A stretch of DNA of 63,243 nt, the filler included, from Reclinomonas americana ATCC 50394 (Eukaryota), in NCBI GenBank assembly GCA_048213135.1. It is 7 parts of 4 records of this genome, joined end to end, with 100 filler letters (N's around TTAATTAATTAA, not from the genome) between each part and the next. Parts side by side here need not be neighbours in the genome. Positions count along the whole stretch, not along the records: positions 1 to 22,785 come from PS015618.1; 6 more parts are not named here. One strand, 5' to 3'. Under the pieces are notes generated by a model. It had not been told where the DNA came from, did not search any database, and was given only the letters and a program-made list of their open reading frames with translations. Positions 1 through 13,015 of this stretch are shown here, piece after piece (position 1 is the first letter of the stretch; the number at the start of each line of letters is the position of its first letter). The position numbers and the translations under genes were made by a program.

Positions 1-171
1 GGGCGCACGTGCATGTGCGCGCGAGAGAGTGGGAAGAGTGCGCACCTGCTGATGCCACGTTTGGAGACGCGCAAGCACGAGCGCCGACATTGTGAGTGAA
101 CGATTGTTGGGACAGACGTGCCAGCGAGCACTGTCCTCCCGCCACTTTCCGCACCAAAGGGTTTGCTGTGA

Positions 172-1796
172 ATGGCGAAGCGCACACGAGACGACGAGGA
201 TCGCGCAGTGGTGCCGCGTGATGCGGCCATGGAGGCCGACACCAAGACACTGATGTCGTTCTACTACAGTTCTGTGCACGCACGTACGAGTGTGTGTGAT
301 TCAAGAAAAAAGTGCTCACTTTTTGCCTCACACACACACACAGGCCGCTTCTTCCCGTACCGTGAGATGCACCGCTGGCTGAGCTATGGAGACGGTGCGT
401 TTCTGTCTCTTTCTCTCTCTCACACAGTTGGTGTGTGCCCCTCATGCATGTGAGTTGGCGCAGTGGACACCTTCCAGCGACGCGAGTTCTCCTTCACAAT
501 CGGCGGCGACGTGTACATTCGCTACAAGTCGTTCCGCGATGTGGATGAATTTGCGGCGCAAGTGCGAGAGATGATGCCCGACAAGATCGACATTGGCGCC
601 GTCTTCAACATCATGCCGCGCAATCATGCCTCGGTGGCCTCGGGCAAGTTCTACCCGCTGCAGCGTGAATTCGTGGTGGATATCGACTTTAGCGACTACA
701 ACGACGTGTGGTCGCTGGGCCGCGGCACTGGCAGTGAGGATGGCGGTGGTGCGCTGGTGAACAGCGAGTGGCCGGTGATGGTGGCTGCGGTGCAGTGCCT
801 GACGCGTCTTCTGACCGAGTGCTTCGGCTTCGAGGACATTATGTGGGTCTACTCGGGTCGTCGTGGTGTCCACGGATGGGTGTGCGACGCGGAGGCACGC
901 AACATGACCAACGAGGCCAGAAGCGCAGTGGCCGACTTCTTGCAGGTCTACAAGGGCAGCGACAAGTCGGCCGATCGTGTTCGTCTGGGACCCGGCAAGC
1001 GTGTGCATCCCGCCTTCCGTGCCGTGTTCGAGGAGATCCTGCAGCCCATCTTCCTGATGGTGGCCGAGGAGCAGGAGTGGCTCCTTCGACCCGCCGGCCA
1101 GCAGTACATTCTCGACATGTGCATGAATCACGGTGTGTGTGTGCCAAGTGTGTGCAAGTGTGTGCGTGACAGGAGCTTCTTGCGCGCTCACTTTTCCCGC
1201 CGACAGAGCTGCGGGAGGAGATCTCGCGACAGTGGACGGAGCGACGCGGCGAGACCAACTCGACCGGCATGTATCAGCTGCTGTGTCGCGTGTGCAAGCG
1301 GTTTGCCGAGACGAGCCGCACAGCGACGGCGGCCGCCGCTGCCACCTTTCCCATGGAGGTGGTGTTTGCGTTCTTGTATCCGCGTCTCGATATCAACGTC
1401 TCCAAGGGCATCAATCACTTGCTGAAGACGCCCTTTGCCGTGCACCCCAAGACTGGTACGCACCGCTGCTCTCCTTTTTTTTTGTGGACGACAGCAAAAG
1501 CAACAACAAATCCAAATGCGCCGTCTCGTGCAGGTCGTGTGTGCGTGCCGTTGCCGGTGGATACGGTGGAGGACTTTGATCCGACCAAGGTGCCGCGCGT
1601 GTCGCAGCTGATCAACGAACTCAACACGCTCGGTGGCAACGCCGAGGATCTGGTGGCTCGCTCCTGCATCGGCCCGGCAGTGCAGCTGCTGGAGGAGTTC
1701 GTCTCGAAACTGGAACACAAGCAGCGCCTGGAGAAGCAGCGGGATGATGTGGAGCGGCGACAGGTGGCCGAGGCGAGAGAATGGATGGAAATGTAA
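172..1796 (+). CDS. PRI1: DNA primase small (catalytic) subunit, 5 exons
   Basis: Motifs REFSFT, KIDIGAV, EFVVDID, VYSGRRGVHGWVCD, YPRLDINVS, HLLKTPFAVHPKTGRVCVP. Frame restored by GT-AG introns at ~269-343, 395-463, 1133-1206, 1456-1533. Confidence 0.95.
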
Positions 1797-1811
1797 ATGT
1801 CAATTGTGTGT

Positions 1812-4800
1812 TCATACCTCTGTCATGCTCAGTAACCGCTCCAGCTCACACAGTGTGGCGCCGGCCACAGGCAGGCAGGCGCGAATGCCCCAGTTTGGCA
1901 CCAACTGCACCACCTCGTCGAGCAGTCGCGCCGTCGGCACCTTGCATGACTCGGCGGCAAAGTGTCGCTCCGCGGCCGCTCGCTCCACCGTCACACTGTG
2001 CAGCGCCGACTCGCTGACCGCACCCGACGCGCGGCCGACCACCACTGGATCGCGGAAGAGTGTGCCCGTCAACGGACATGTGTACATGGCGCGCAACTCG
2101 GCCGCCCACATGCGGGTCTCCTCCAGCGCCTCAGCAATCATACAGAACCGTGCCGAATCCGCGTGCAACACACACTGCTCCGGTCTCAACACCACGCCCG
2201 TGCACGGATGTGTGGGTGGCACGCGCGAGGTGCGACAGGCGGCCAACCACCGCTCCGCCACACCTCGCTCAAACGCCTCGCCATCACCCTTGCCGCTGCG
2301 ACTGTGCACCGGTGGCCCGAGAGTGACGGGGTCGCGCATGACAAGTCCCGACACCGGGCACAGCATAATCGAGCGCAGTCGCCGCAAGAGCGCACCATGC
2401 TGTCGAATACGTGAGGAGCAGCGAGATGGAGAGAGATTGAGATTAGGGCTGTCAAGTCTCACCTCGGCCTGCACGCCGGCCAGCACCTCACGAGAGACGC
2501 GGTCACGCACGCACAACTGCAGTCGCGGCGTCTGCAGTGGAAAGGCGGCCAGGTGGTCCTTTTTGGCGGTCTCCCAGTCCGAGGCCGTAAAGATGCGTTG
2601 CGCCACGCCGTGCGGATCAATATACTCGAGCGCGACGCCTGCATCGACCCAGTGCGGATGAGCGGCATACAGTTGAATGCGCTCCCACAACGTGGTGAGG
2701 TCGGTGGCCACGTCAATGGCAATCTCGTAGGCCTCGTCGCCCACGGCCACACGAATCCCCAAGTGCACGGGATCTGCAAGCGACGAAGAAGACTTTTTTT
2801 GTGGCGACGCTCCCACTTGCAGACAGAGAGACAAGACATGCGTACCCGAATCCGCCAACAGAATGGGCGACGGCATGCGGAAGCTGGTGACGGCCACCGC
2901 CTGAAGCTTATCCACACCATCCCACTCGTGCACATCGTCGACCTCGACCACGCGCAGCTCGACAGTGTATCGGCAACCGGGTCGCACGCCATTCACCGTC
3001 AGCTGTCCGTACCGTTGGCCGACCGCAAACACATCGACAGGCGTGCGCAGCAGTGCCGGTTCGAAAGCCTCGTTCGACGCCGATGGAACGGCGGCCGGCA
3101 ACACCACGCAGTCGAGTGGCAACGGGTTCTCCCGCAGGTACTTGGCGAGCCAGTCCGGCAGAGAGCGATTGCCGCCGGGCGCCTGCCATGTGATGACGGC
3201 CTCGCGACCATCGTTGAGTCCCTGCACACCGAGTCGCACCACCGGCGACCCACCGTCCCTCCAGTCGTCGCCAACGCTGTCGCCGCAGTCGACACTCAGC
3301 CAGTCGCCCGGCAGCCACGTGTCCACCTCCGTGGTGGAGCACACCGACACGCGGAGTCGGTGTGTGCCAGCGCCCAGTCCGACCACCAGCAGACCCTCGA
3401 CTCGTGCATCGTCCGTGGGCACGCGCATCACACTGTTGGTCAACGGCACAGCAGCACAAGACGTCTCGCAGAAGCGCTCCACGCGAACAGGCTTCTCCGG
3501 CGAGGCATTCACCAGCAGCAGCGTCACGAAAAAGGCAGTCGGCGGCACCTCCGACAGCAGTCCGACCAGAGCTGCGACGACAGAGAGAGAGAGAGAGGGA
3601 GAGAGTAAGGATGTGTGCGAGAATGTCAAGCGAGCTGCCATACGCATACCTTCGGGAACCGCTTGAACCGACACTGCACCGGCCGATCCGCCGACCACCA
3701 GGTGCGTGCCGTCGGGTGACCACGCAGCACTGTTGAGATGCTCGCCACGGCCGGCGACCACAGCGCGCATCGTCCCGAGTGGCTCGCCACTGCCCGTCCA
3801 CCACAGACGCACAACGCCATCGGCGGAGGCCGAGGCCAGCAGCAGTGGTTGGTGAGGCCGAAACGCCAACGCTCGCACCCTCCCGTCGTGCCCATTATGC
3901 AGCGTCCGCACACACCTCCCAGTGCTCCCGTCCCACAGTCGCACTGCATGATCGAAAGACCCCGTGGCCACCCACTGCTCGCCACTCCATGCGACGCACG
4001 AGACGCCCGCCGGATGCACCAGACGAAACAGAAACACCCACGTCTCCCCACCATCGTCGCCATGGCCACTGCCAGAGGGCTTGGCGGCAAACACATGTGC
4101 ATTGCCGTCGGCCGAGGCCGTGGCCAATCGCCGTGATGCCGAGTTCGAGAGAGCCACTGCGAGTACCCAGTCACTGTGCGTGGGAGTGAGAGTGGCGGGT
4201 CGCTTGTCGTCGCCCGAAGAGAGGCGCATGCACGCCACAGAACCGTCTTGAGCGCCCGAGACAACCCACTCGCCACCACCAGCCACACAGCACACAGATG
4301 CAGTGTCTGTGTGGAAGCTGAATGAGGGAGGGGCGGTGGAGAAGGGGGTGTGGGGAGTGTCGTCACGCAACGTGCACGCGACCAGCGATGGAGTGTGAGA
4401 CCGGTGTGTGCATCCCTCACAGTCACCGTGCATGCGGGTGCGGCGGAGCCGGCGATGAGCAGGCGCGGGTAGCTGGTAATTAGAAGGAGTGGGTGCACAG
4501 GCACATGTGTGTGTATGTGTGTGTGTGAGTGGGTTGAGTGCGCGCCACCTTGCATGCCAGGCGACGCAGCGCGCCGTGCACTTGTATTCTTCGCGCCACT
4601 GCAGTCGACGACTGCCACCGTGGCGATCGAGTTGGAGGATGGACACGAGGCCGCCACGGTCGACACTGGCCACCAGTGTGTGGCCGTCGAGCTCCACTGG
4701 GCTCACGGCCTGCATCTGATGTGGAGGTGGTGGTGGGGGACAACGAAGCAACAATCGCGATTGTTCAACAACAAGTTCGACGTCGCCGCGAAGTCGTTCT

Positions 4801-4853
4801 GCAACGCGTCCCGGTGGTTGGCGAGCGTGTGGTGCAGGCACAACTGGCATCAC
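1812..4853 (-). CDS. WD40 repeats + FN3-like + PB1-like + two U-box domains (putative E3 ligase); true start uncertain
   Basis: WD repeats (VATGSFDHAVRLWD, LASASADGVVRLW), FN3-like LTVNGVRPGCRYTVELRV, PB1-like LEYIDPHG..RIFTASDW, U-box-like LCPVSGLVMRDPV and CPLTGTLFRDPV. Introns near 4310-4545. Confidence 0.8.
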   Translation of the reverse strand: MMPVVPAPHARQPPGRVAERLRGDVELVVEQSRLLLRCPPPPPPHQMQAVSPVELDGHTLVASVDRGGLVSILQLDRHGGSRRLQWREEYKCTARCVAWHARWRALNPLTHTHTHTCACAPTPSNYQLPAPAHRRLRRTRMHGDCEGCTHRSHTPSLVACTLRDDTPHTPFSTAPPSFSFHTDTASVCCVAGGGEWVVSGAQDGSVACMRLSSGDDKRPATLTPTHSDWVLAVALSNSASRRLATASADGNAHVFAAKPSGSGHGDDGGETWVFLFRLVHPAGVSCVAWSGEQWVATGSFDHAVRLWDGSTGRCVRTLHNGHDGRVRALAFRPHQPLLLASASADGVVRLWWTGSGEPLGTMRAVVAGRGEHLNSAAWSPDGTHLVVGGSAGAVSVQAVPEGMRMAARLTFSHTSLLSPSLSLSVVAALVGLLSEVPPTAFFVTLLLVNASPEKPVRVERFCETSCAAVPLTNSVMRVPTDDARVEGLLVVGLGAGTHRLRVSVCSTTEVDTWLPGDWLSVDCGDSVGDDWRDGGSPVVRLGVQGLNDGREAVITWQAPGGNRSLPDWLAKYLRENPLPLDCVVLPAAVPSASNEAFEPALLRTPVDVFAVGQRYGQLTVNGVRPGCRYTVELRVVEVDDVHEWDGVDKLQAVAVTSFRMPSPILLADSGTHVLSLCLQVGASPQKKSSSSLADPVHLGIRVAVGDEAYEIAIDVATDLTTLWERIQLYAAHPHWVDAGVALEYIDPHGVAQRIFTASDWETAKKDHLAAFPLQTPRLQLCVRDRVSREVLAGVQAEVRLDSPNLNLSPSRCSSRIRQHGALLRRLRSIMLCPVSGLVMRDPVTLGPPVHSRSGKGDGEAFERGVAERWLAACRTSRVPPTHPCTGVVLRPEQCVLHADSARFCMIAEALEETRMWAAELRAMYTCPLTGTLFRDPVVVGRASGAVSESALHSVTVERAAAERHFAAESCKVPTARLLDEVVQLVPNWGIRACLPVAGATLCELERLLSMTEV

Positions 4854-5415
4854 ATGCAGTCAACATACACACACCATCCGGAGTTGCTGAAACTGAAACG
4901 AGACGCTGACAAAGACCACATGTTCGACACGCAGTACATTGGTGCACGTGAGAACTCCGAATCCCCAACATGGCTACCTGTATGCACAAAACCACAGTAC
5001 CTGCCCAAGTGGACAGGCTCCGAATGGACAAGAACGCAAGGGCCATGGTTGATTTTCCTTGGTACCAATATCAAGCGCGTTCGATAAAGTACCGTATGTG
5101 GCACGAAGACTTGCTCGCAGACCCTGCTCTTGCAACTTCGGTTGTGCCTGCCCTCCATGCAGCGTCAGAGCTCGCGAATGTAGACGCCACGAAAGGCGTG
5201 TGCTCATTGAGAGAAACAAATTGTATCGGCAAATCGCGATCAACCAGTCACATTTATCGGTGAGGGCCTTTGGCAAATGCGAAACCTCGCAGTATCGCGA
5301 CAGCCTCACCACGTTGCTGACTCTGATTCGCCAGTTGCTTCGCTCGGACCGCGCAACGAATGCAGGAAATTCATCGCTGCCCAACAAATACCGATCGTCG
5401 CCAACGTCAGGCTGA
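4854..5415 (+). CDS. Possible small multi-exon hypothetical gene
   Basis: Several coding-looking + strand segments (MQSTYTHHPELL..., MDKNARAMVDFPWYQY..., ...SLTTLLTLIRQLL) separated by plausible GT-AG introns. No family recognised. Confidence 0.25.
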
Positions 5416-5723
5416 TGCGTTGATGTGCACAGACATGCGCGCGTTTGCATGTGTGTGTGCGTGTGGGTGTGTGAGTGCGTGTGTGGTCAGCCAACCAATC
5501 GGCCAATTCCGGACAGATGAGTCAGCACCTCGCATCTCCACACGCACCCCCAACGCACGCGCAGTGAGTGCGAAAGACAACGGACAGTGAGAGCAGCAAG
5601 CGTCACGCCGCGCCCCAGCGCAGTCACACACGCACACAGACAGAGAGATTCCACACTCTTTTGTGACGGTGTCCAAGTCCAACAAAACCTTTTCGACAAG
5701 CGCAGAAAGGAGACAAGAAAAAA

Positions 5724-6540
5724 ATGAGTGCGCCTCCTCCTTCACTGACGACACTGGCTGAGATCGCGGCGGTGACAACAACACCCTCGTCTCCCAAGAT
5801 GACGTCACCCAAGAAAGGTGTGTGACATGAGAGAGAGAGAGTGCGTGCGTGTGTGTTTGTGTTGGGGGATGTCATGGCCGCGAACAACATACTCTCTCTT
5901 TCATTCTCCCACTTTCTTCATTCTTTGTTGATGTCACACGCGCACACATGTTTGTGTGTGCGTGCATGAGTAACCATCTCCTTTGTTTTCTTGTTTTAAA
6001 GAAATAATCTTTGCGCTCACATGTGTGTGTGCACACAGAACCCACAGCCAATGGCAGTGACTTGCTCGCCTCCATGAAGCCAGTGGAGCCCTCATCATTT
6101 GCTGTTGCGTGTGCCTTTTTTTTTTCGCACATTATGTTTTTTCGTTGATATCGCCCGCCACCGCCAACAAATGTTCTCACTCCAATTGTTTATTGCAGCC
6201 GGCACCGCCTTCTTCTTCATCATCATCGTCATCGGCGCCCATGTTGATGGCTTCGCATTCGTATCCGGTTGGTCATGGCAATGCTTCACCACCGCACCAT
6301 CAGCATCATCACCAGCATCAGCAGCATCATCACCAGCATCAGCAGCATCAGCAGCAGCAGCAGCAGCAGCACCAGCTGCATCATCATCAGCTTCTGCACT
6401 CATCGTCGTCGTCATCGTCGAGCGTACCCACGTCGAATTTTGCGATGAATTCCACCAACGGAAATGGTGTTGGTGGCTCGGGTGGCAGCTCGGCGGCGGA
6501 CGCAGCGCAGTCGTGGGAAATGTGGAAGCCGATTGTTGAA
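5724..6540 (+). CDS. N-terminal exons of an S/Q/H low-complexity protein, possibly the 5' part of the 7243-8796 gene
   Basis: ATG 5724. Exons ~5724-5817, 6048-6103 and 6199-6540 splice in frame (MSAPPPSL...PKK-ANGSDLL...SFA-PAPPSS...HHQQQ...WKPIVE). Donors at 6104 and 6541 are GTTGCGT. Confidence 0.55.
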
Positions 6541-7242
6541 GTTGCGTTTGCTGTTGTTTTGTGAAGATGCAATTCGCTTCCTGTTGTTCTTTTGTTGTTG
6601 TTTTCGTACGCTTTGCTTTGGCACGCTGGAGAGCTGAGTAGCATACACGCACGCACGCACACGCTGGTCGATCTTTGCCCTCTTGTTGATGTGCTTGGGG
6701 AGTGAGCGTCGGAGCCGACCTCTGTCATTCTCCACTCTGCTCGTCTTGGGTGGGAAGATGCTTGCTGTCTTGTGTGCTGTAATGGCAGTCAGTGATGTGC
6801 GACTCTGCGAAGTATCCGCATATGTTGTGTGACCACTGATGTGCTCTTTCTGTGAGTTCGCACCACGAGATCTTCTGTGTGTGTGTGTGTGTGGTGGGCG
6901 AGAAACAGCAGTTCCCGACGATCGGCATCTTCTGTCAGTGCGCGTGAGTGTAGCTTGTGTGAGCAAGAGGGTGCGTGTGCGCGTGTGTGTGCGTGTGGAG
7001 GTGGAGAAGGAGCACGACACTTGCCCTCTTGGTGAATGATGCACCGAGTGCGCATTCTTGTCGCATCTGGGGCCAATCGGCGCAAGTATTACATTGATGC
7101 TGGTCACCACACTTTCTAAAATTCCCTGAGAGAGCGGACCGTCTCGCTTTTCATTCTCTCTGCATTCACGCACACACGCACTCTCCCTGTCTCTCCCTCT
7201 CTTGCACGACGCGGCACTCGGGCACGCCTGCGCTGTGTTAAG

Positions 7243-7779
7243 ATGTTCACTCATTTGACGTACGAACAGCAATATCGCCCGCAGCTGCACACGCTGCCGC
7301 AGTTGCCGCTCTCGGCACTGCCAATACCTCTCCCGTCGGTGACACCCGTCAGTATGGCTGGCCGCTCGAACTCTGGCGGCCTGCCGTCGCCAACGCCGTC
7401 GTCGTCAACCTCCTCGGTCACCTCGTCCACCGCAATTCATCGCTCACCCGGTCCGTCTCGCCATCACCACCTGCTGCAGCAGTCGCTGCTCGGCGGCGGA
7501 AGCGGTGCCGCCCTCAGTGCCAGCAACAACGCCAGTGGCAGTGTGCATGCACGTATGTCTGACTTCTCCAGTGGTGCGCCCACGTCGCCGCCGTCGGCAA
7601 TGACCACCAACACCACGTCGACGGCGCCTGGCTCCAGCATGTTTGGACCGCTGGACGGCACCTCATACGCCCACGTGCTCATGTCGCTGCGCTCATCGCC
7701 CGTGCAGCAGGCTGCGGCCGCGGCAGCGTTGGCCGCCACAGCCATGGACCACCACGGACACCACCAGTCGCACCACCAT

Positions 7780-7818
<39 letters not shown>

Positions 7819-7869
7819 CAACAACAGCTGCAACAGCAGCAGCAGCAGCAACAACAACACCAACAGCAC

Positions 7870-7904
<35 letters not shown>

Positions 7905-8796
7905 CTTGATGCACCACCAGACGGTGACGGTGCCGAGTTCGCCACAGGCACCGCGTACAATGCCGAGCCTGATGACCGGCGGTCACGTTGCAACATCTCC
8001 GCACGTGCTGGCCATGCTGGAGCAGCTCCACCAGGCGTACCCACACGCATACGCCCACATGCCACCGCCACAACCGCCAATGATACTGCCGCATCACGCC
8101 TCGCAACAGCAGCCACAACAGTCCCCGTCGGCGGCAGCACTGCACCAGTATCAGCAGCTGTCGATGATGGCAACACCGTCGGCAACCTCCATGGGCATTC
8201 CGCTGCCACACCACCTGCCACTGCCGCACCACGTGCAAGTTCAAGTCGCCGCATCCCCCGGCTCCCTGCTGACTTCGCATTTGCACTCACACACTCAGCC
8301 GCCACCGCCACCACCGCCGCCGCCTCCCCCTCCACCACCGCCATCATCACAGTCCGCGGCGTCTACCGCCAACGGGCAACCGGTGCGACGCAAGCGCGGA
8401 CGGAAGCGCGATGCGGCGGACGCAATCGGTGGCATCGGTGGCATCGGTGCAGGGGCCGCTGGTGGCGAAGCTGGTATGGTCGGTGGAGAGGACGAGCCGG
8501 CACAGAAGCGTCGTGAGCGGCTCGGCCCGACGCGCGATTTGTCGGCGGAGGAACGGCAGCAGCTGGATCGTGCCATCCAGTGGTTTAGCGGTGCAATTCG
8601 CCTTCATCGCGGTCAAACGCGACTGGCACTGGATCCTCTGCGCAAGCACATTTGCGAACACGTCCTGCAACTGCCGCAAGTGTGGAAGAGAACGCACCCG
8701 TGCTGGAAGGTGCTGCTGCAGGAGCTGTTCGTGGGTCAGCACTTTGAGGTGCGCGCCGAATCTGACGAGTTTCCGCACCTTCTGCGGCCCGGATGA
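7243..8796 (+). CDS. Poly-Q/poly-P putative transcription factor with C-terminal ~90-aa globular (RFX-like winged-helix?) domain
   Basis: 517-aa open frame with Q/H/P-rich tracts, basic NLS-like RRKRGRKR and C-terminal AIQWF...LRKHICEH...WKVLLQELFVGQH. Confidence 0.7.
7780..7905 (+). repeat. Coding CAG/CAA trinucleotide repeat (poly-Gln)
   Basis: Run of cag/caa codons in frame with 7243-8796. Confidence 0.95.
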
Positions 8797-9757
8797 CCGC
8801 GTTTTGGTGGCTTGCGAGGCGATCGAATGTGTGAGAATGTGTGCGCGCATGGAGGCACTTATTATAATGTAGATGGAGTGAGCCGTGCACAGATTATTCC
8901 TGTTTTGGTTTGCGTGTTCGGTGGTGCTGCATAGCCGCTGCTGCGAATGTTGTTTGGCAATTCTGCTGCCTCATGCAATATGTTGAGTGTATTCGAGCCT
9001 GCTTCTTCTGCGCGCGTTTACTTGCGGGATGGGCCACCGGGCTTCCGTGACCATTTGCCGTAGCTGAACACATCGGCGGCGTCGACAATCGCCGCGCGAC
9101 CGACCACCACCTTCTCGTGAGATGCGCTGCCANNNNNNNNNNNNNNNNNNNNNNNNNNNNNNNNNNNNNNNNNNNNNNNNNNNNNNNNNNNNNNNNNNNN
9201 NNNNNNNNNNNNNNNNNNNNNNNNNNNNNNNNNNNNNNNNNNNNNNNNNNNNNNNNNNNNNNNNNNNNNNNNNNNNNNNNNNNNNNNNNNNNNNNNNNNN
9301 NNNNNNNNNNNNNNNNNNNNNNNNNNNNNNNNNNNNNNNNNNNNNNNNNNNNNNNNNNNNNNNNNNNNNNNNNNNNNNNNNNNNNNNNNNNNNNNNNNNN
9401 NNNNNNNNNNNNNNNNNNNNNNNNNNNNNNNNNNNNNNNNNNNNNNNNNNNNNNNNNNNNNNNNNNNNNNNNNNNNNNNNNNNNNNNNNNNNNNNNNNNN
9501 NNNNNNNNNNNNNNNNNNNNNNNNNNNNNNNNNNNNNNNNNNNNNNNNNNNNNNNNNNNNNNNNNNNNNNNNNNNNNNNNNNNNNNNNNNNNNNNNNNNN
9601 NNNNNNNNNNNNNNNNNNNNNNNNNNNNNNNNNNNNNNNNNNNNNNNNNNNNNNNNNNNNNNNNNNNNNNNNNNNNNNNNNNNNNNNNNNNNNNNNNNNN
9701 NNNNNNNNNNNNNNNNNNNNNNNNNNNNNNNNNNNNNNNNNNNNNNNNNNNNNNNNN

Positions 9758-11308
9758 NCCGCCGGCGAGCTCTTCAGCTCCATTGCGCTCACGGTGACCA
9801 CCTTGGGCACACGTGGCGACACTGGCATCGAGCTCACGGCGGAGAGTGGGAGCGATGGTGGCGTTGACATGAACGCCGATGATGCCGACGACGAGGAGGA
9901 TGGCGGAGGTGTCGGTGGCGACACTGAAATCGCCTGATTCACCACCACGTTCACCCACGAGCAGTCGGGCCACTGTGCGGACGACGGCATGCCTCGGCGC
10001 TACATGGAAGTGGGCATGAAAAAGCAGCCCGGAGAGAGGCGACTGCGACAACACAACGCACCACCATCGTCGCATAGTGATCGGCCAACTTGCACATCTC
10101 AGAACGCATGAGCTGCCCGAGCTGTACGAGGCGGCGCACCTCTATCCCCATCAACTCCTTCTCTTGCGTCACCACGGCGAGCTCAGTAAGCAGACGCTTG
10201 TTTTCGGCTTCGAGCGCCTGTTTGCGCTCCGACAGCGTATCACGCTCACCCAACACGCCCTACGCCGCCACCCACCAGTGAGCGCGACTCACACACACCA
10301 CAATGATCGACAAGCACGAAGCCGACCTGGCGACCGACACGATTCTTATCGCGCAGCGTCCTGATCGTCTCCTCCATCTCCTCCTTCTCGCGTGCAGAGG
10401 CCGACTTGGCCTTCTCCAGCGCAATGCACTTGCGACGCAGAGTTTGGTTCTCCGCCTCCTGCTCCGCGACCTTCTTCTCAAACGCTCGTACCACCTTCTT
10501 GGTCGTACGCTGCTCCCCCTCGTATCGATCCCGTTCACGCTCCAGCACCGATCGCAGCTCCTCGGCCTCCGTCGACACACGCGACAGCGTACTACGCTGT
10601 GCCGTGTACTCGCCACGCAGCTCGCTGAGCTCTTGCTTCAATGTGGTCGCCTGGAGAAGGAATGGTGAGATGAGGAGGAAAAATTGGACATGCACTCGTA
10701 CAACACAGACAGACCTCGCTCGCATAGCGTTGGAGGCTCTGCTTGTACTGCTCCTCGGCCTTGTCGCGCAGCTGCAGCGTCATGTCCCACTCGGCATGCT
10801 CACTGATGGCGGCCTCGCGCAAGTCGCGAGCTTCGCTGGCCTGCTGCGCCAACTGCTCCAGCTCGCCCATGTGTTGTGCCATTTCGTTCATCTGTGACAC
10901 CAGGCGATCGCTGTGAAAGGGAGAGAGAAGGAAGAGTATGTAAGAGAGAGACAAGAGGAGACAAGAGGAGACAAGAGGAGAGAGAGAGAGAAACCGTTCA
11001 GTACGCGCGACCGTCGCGACTCGCTTGGCCTCTGTTGCCTCCCTCAGCAGTCGCTCCACCTCATTCTGTGCACGCTCCTCGTTCTGACGCAGTCGCTGGC
11101 ACTCGTCTCGCGTCCCACGCAGCTCGTGCTCCAAGTACTGGCGACACGCAGCGATGGTGAGGATGTGATGCAGCACACAACACACACAGAGAGAGGGAAA
11201 TGAGCGGGAAGGAGAGACCTTGATGTGGTCCTCGGAGGCTTTGAGACTCTTCTGCAATGGACTGGAGACGTGGTCCAGCAGGCCACCCAGCGCGCCGTGC
11301 GACGCCAT
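9758..11308 (-). CDS. Coiled-coil protein, multi-exon, 3' part runs into the gap
   Basis: ATG 11308 (MASHGALGG). E/K/R/Q heptad-rich exons joined in frame by GT-AG introns. Confidence 0.75.
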
Positions 11309-11536
11309 CACAGAGAAGTTGAGTGAAAATTCGGGTTTGGCGGGCCCTCCTATCCGCTGTGCACTTCGGTGTCGAGTGGTTCGCCAGCGGATGCTTCTCC
11401 TTCTACGAGTCGCGTACACAAATAACAAGGAGGTTTTACTCGGTGTGCATGGCGATTGCACTTGTTTTCACAGTTTGTACATCTTGTGTCATGATCATGG
11501 CGGTTGCCGGCAGGCTGCGCTGGACACCGGCGGCGA

Positions 11537-12460
11537 TCACTTGGCGGGCACCGGCACGCCCATCTCCGTGTCGTACGTGACCTGACAATAGCGGAAGCTC
11601 GAGTTCGCACCATTGTAACAAATCGACTGCTCGATGGGCGGGGAGTACACGTGGATCGTCACCGCCCCCACCGACTCGCTCTCGTTCACGACACGGTGCA
11701 CGCCCATACCGTCGTCAATGTAGACGCCTTGGCAGTCGGCCTCGCCGAGCAGATTCACGTGGGAGTCCGCGATCATCTCGCGACCTTGCGCCACGTCTTC
11801 CTCGGTCGGGTACGCGTAGCGGTACTCGTGCAACACGCCGTCAATGTGGCGCATCCAGCACTGCGACTTGTTGTGCGAGTGGATAGCACTGCGTGGGGCA
11901 CCAATGATGAGGAACCGATGCAATACCGGTGACTTCGAACAGACAATATACCTGCCGGTCTTGGGAGCCCAGCAGAGGACGAGGATGGCAAAGCGCTCGT
12001 CTTCGTGCATGAACACCAGGTTGCGGGTGTACTTCTTGCCATGCGGGTCGAACACCATGTACTTGGCCTCCTCGTCGGCCGTCAGACGGACGCGCGCCAG
12101 CACATCGGCAACGGCATCCGGATTGCAGGGTCCATCGCAGGAGACAAACTACGGCGACAGAAAAACAGGAGATGAACAGACGCACACACTCAACACCGTT
12201 TCGTAGGAGGCGCGCGCACGCACGCACGCACTCACCAGCGGCTCAAGCACCGGGCCCAGCTCCTCGAGATGAATCGTCGATGCTGCGTCGACGGCCTTCT
12301 TGTGCAGCATGGGACTGAGGCCATCGCCGGCAGACGGCAGCGCGATGGCGTACCGATCCACTTGTGCATGTGGAGAGTCTTCGCCATCCACGAGCATCGC
12401 GGAGGCGCCCTCGGGCGCAAAGCGAGCTACAGAGAAGAAGTCTTGATCGGGGGCCAACAT
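11537..12460 (-). CDS. CDO1: Cysteine dioxygenase (cupin); start may lie further upstream
   Basis: KYTRNLV, LCW...SAIHSH...QCW, GVHRV, TIHVYSPP. Introns at ~11890-11971 and ~12150-12236. Confidence 0.9.
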
Positions 12461-13015
12461 GATGAGAGATGATCGATTTGTCGGGAAAGCCTTGGCGTTC
12501 TGGAGCAGAGGAAAAAGGAGATGTGTTGTTGTCAGCACGTCGGCAGCTATTTATCGAGCCTCCGTGGTGTGATTGAGGCTCAGTACGCGGCAGACACACA
12601 TTATCAACCGGTGGTGGTGGCTCGAGTCACAATTTCAAGACACGACACCACACGCGTACTTGAGCTTGTGCGTAACTTGCTGTCAGCAACAGGATTCGTC
12701 TCATTGTCAGCAGTGGTGCTCACACTCACGGCACGGCTGTTGTCGACTGTGGTCTGCGCGATCGCTCCCACGCCAGCGCGCTCGCGAGACGATCATCGCA
12801 GCGGCGGAGATTCTGAGGAGCTCTCGTTGTTGTTCGTGGGTGTACAGTTATAATTGGACACAGCGACACATTCTGCGCTGGCTGAATTCGCTGTGGTGTG
12901 ATAAAGCTGTCAGCAACCCGTTTCACGCACAAACCAGACTATCCGACCACCTGACAACAATCGAAAATAAAATACTGGAGCGCACTTGTCAGGCCCCAAG
13001 TACCTCTTTTCGATC

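Noticed and set aside
442..3804. Long antisense or overlapping ORFs opposite primase and the WD40 gene (and similar cases elsewhere)
   Set aside because: Expected shadows of GC-rich codon usage, with no recognisable motifs.
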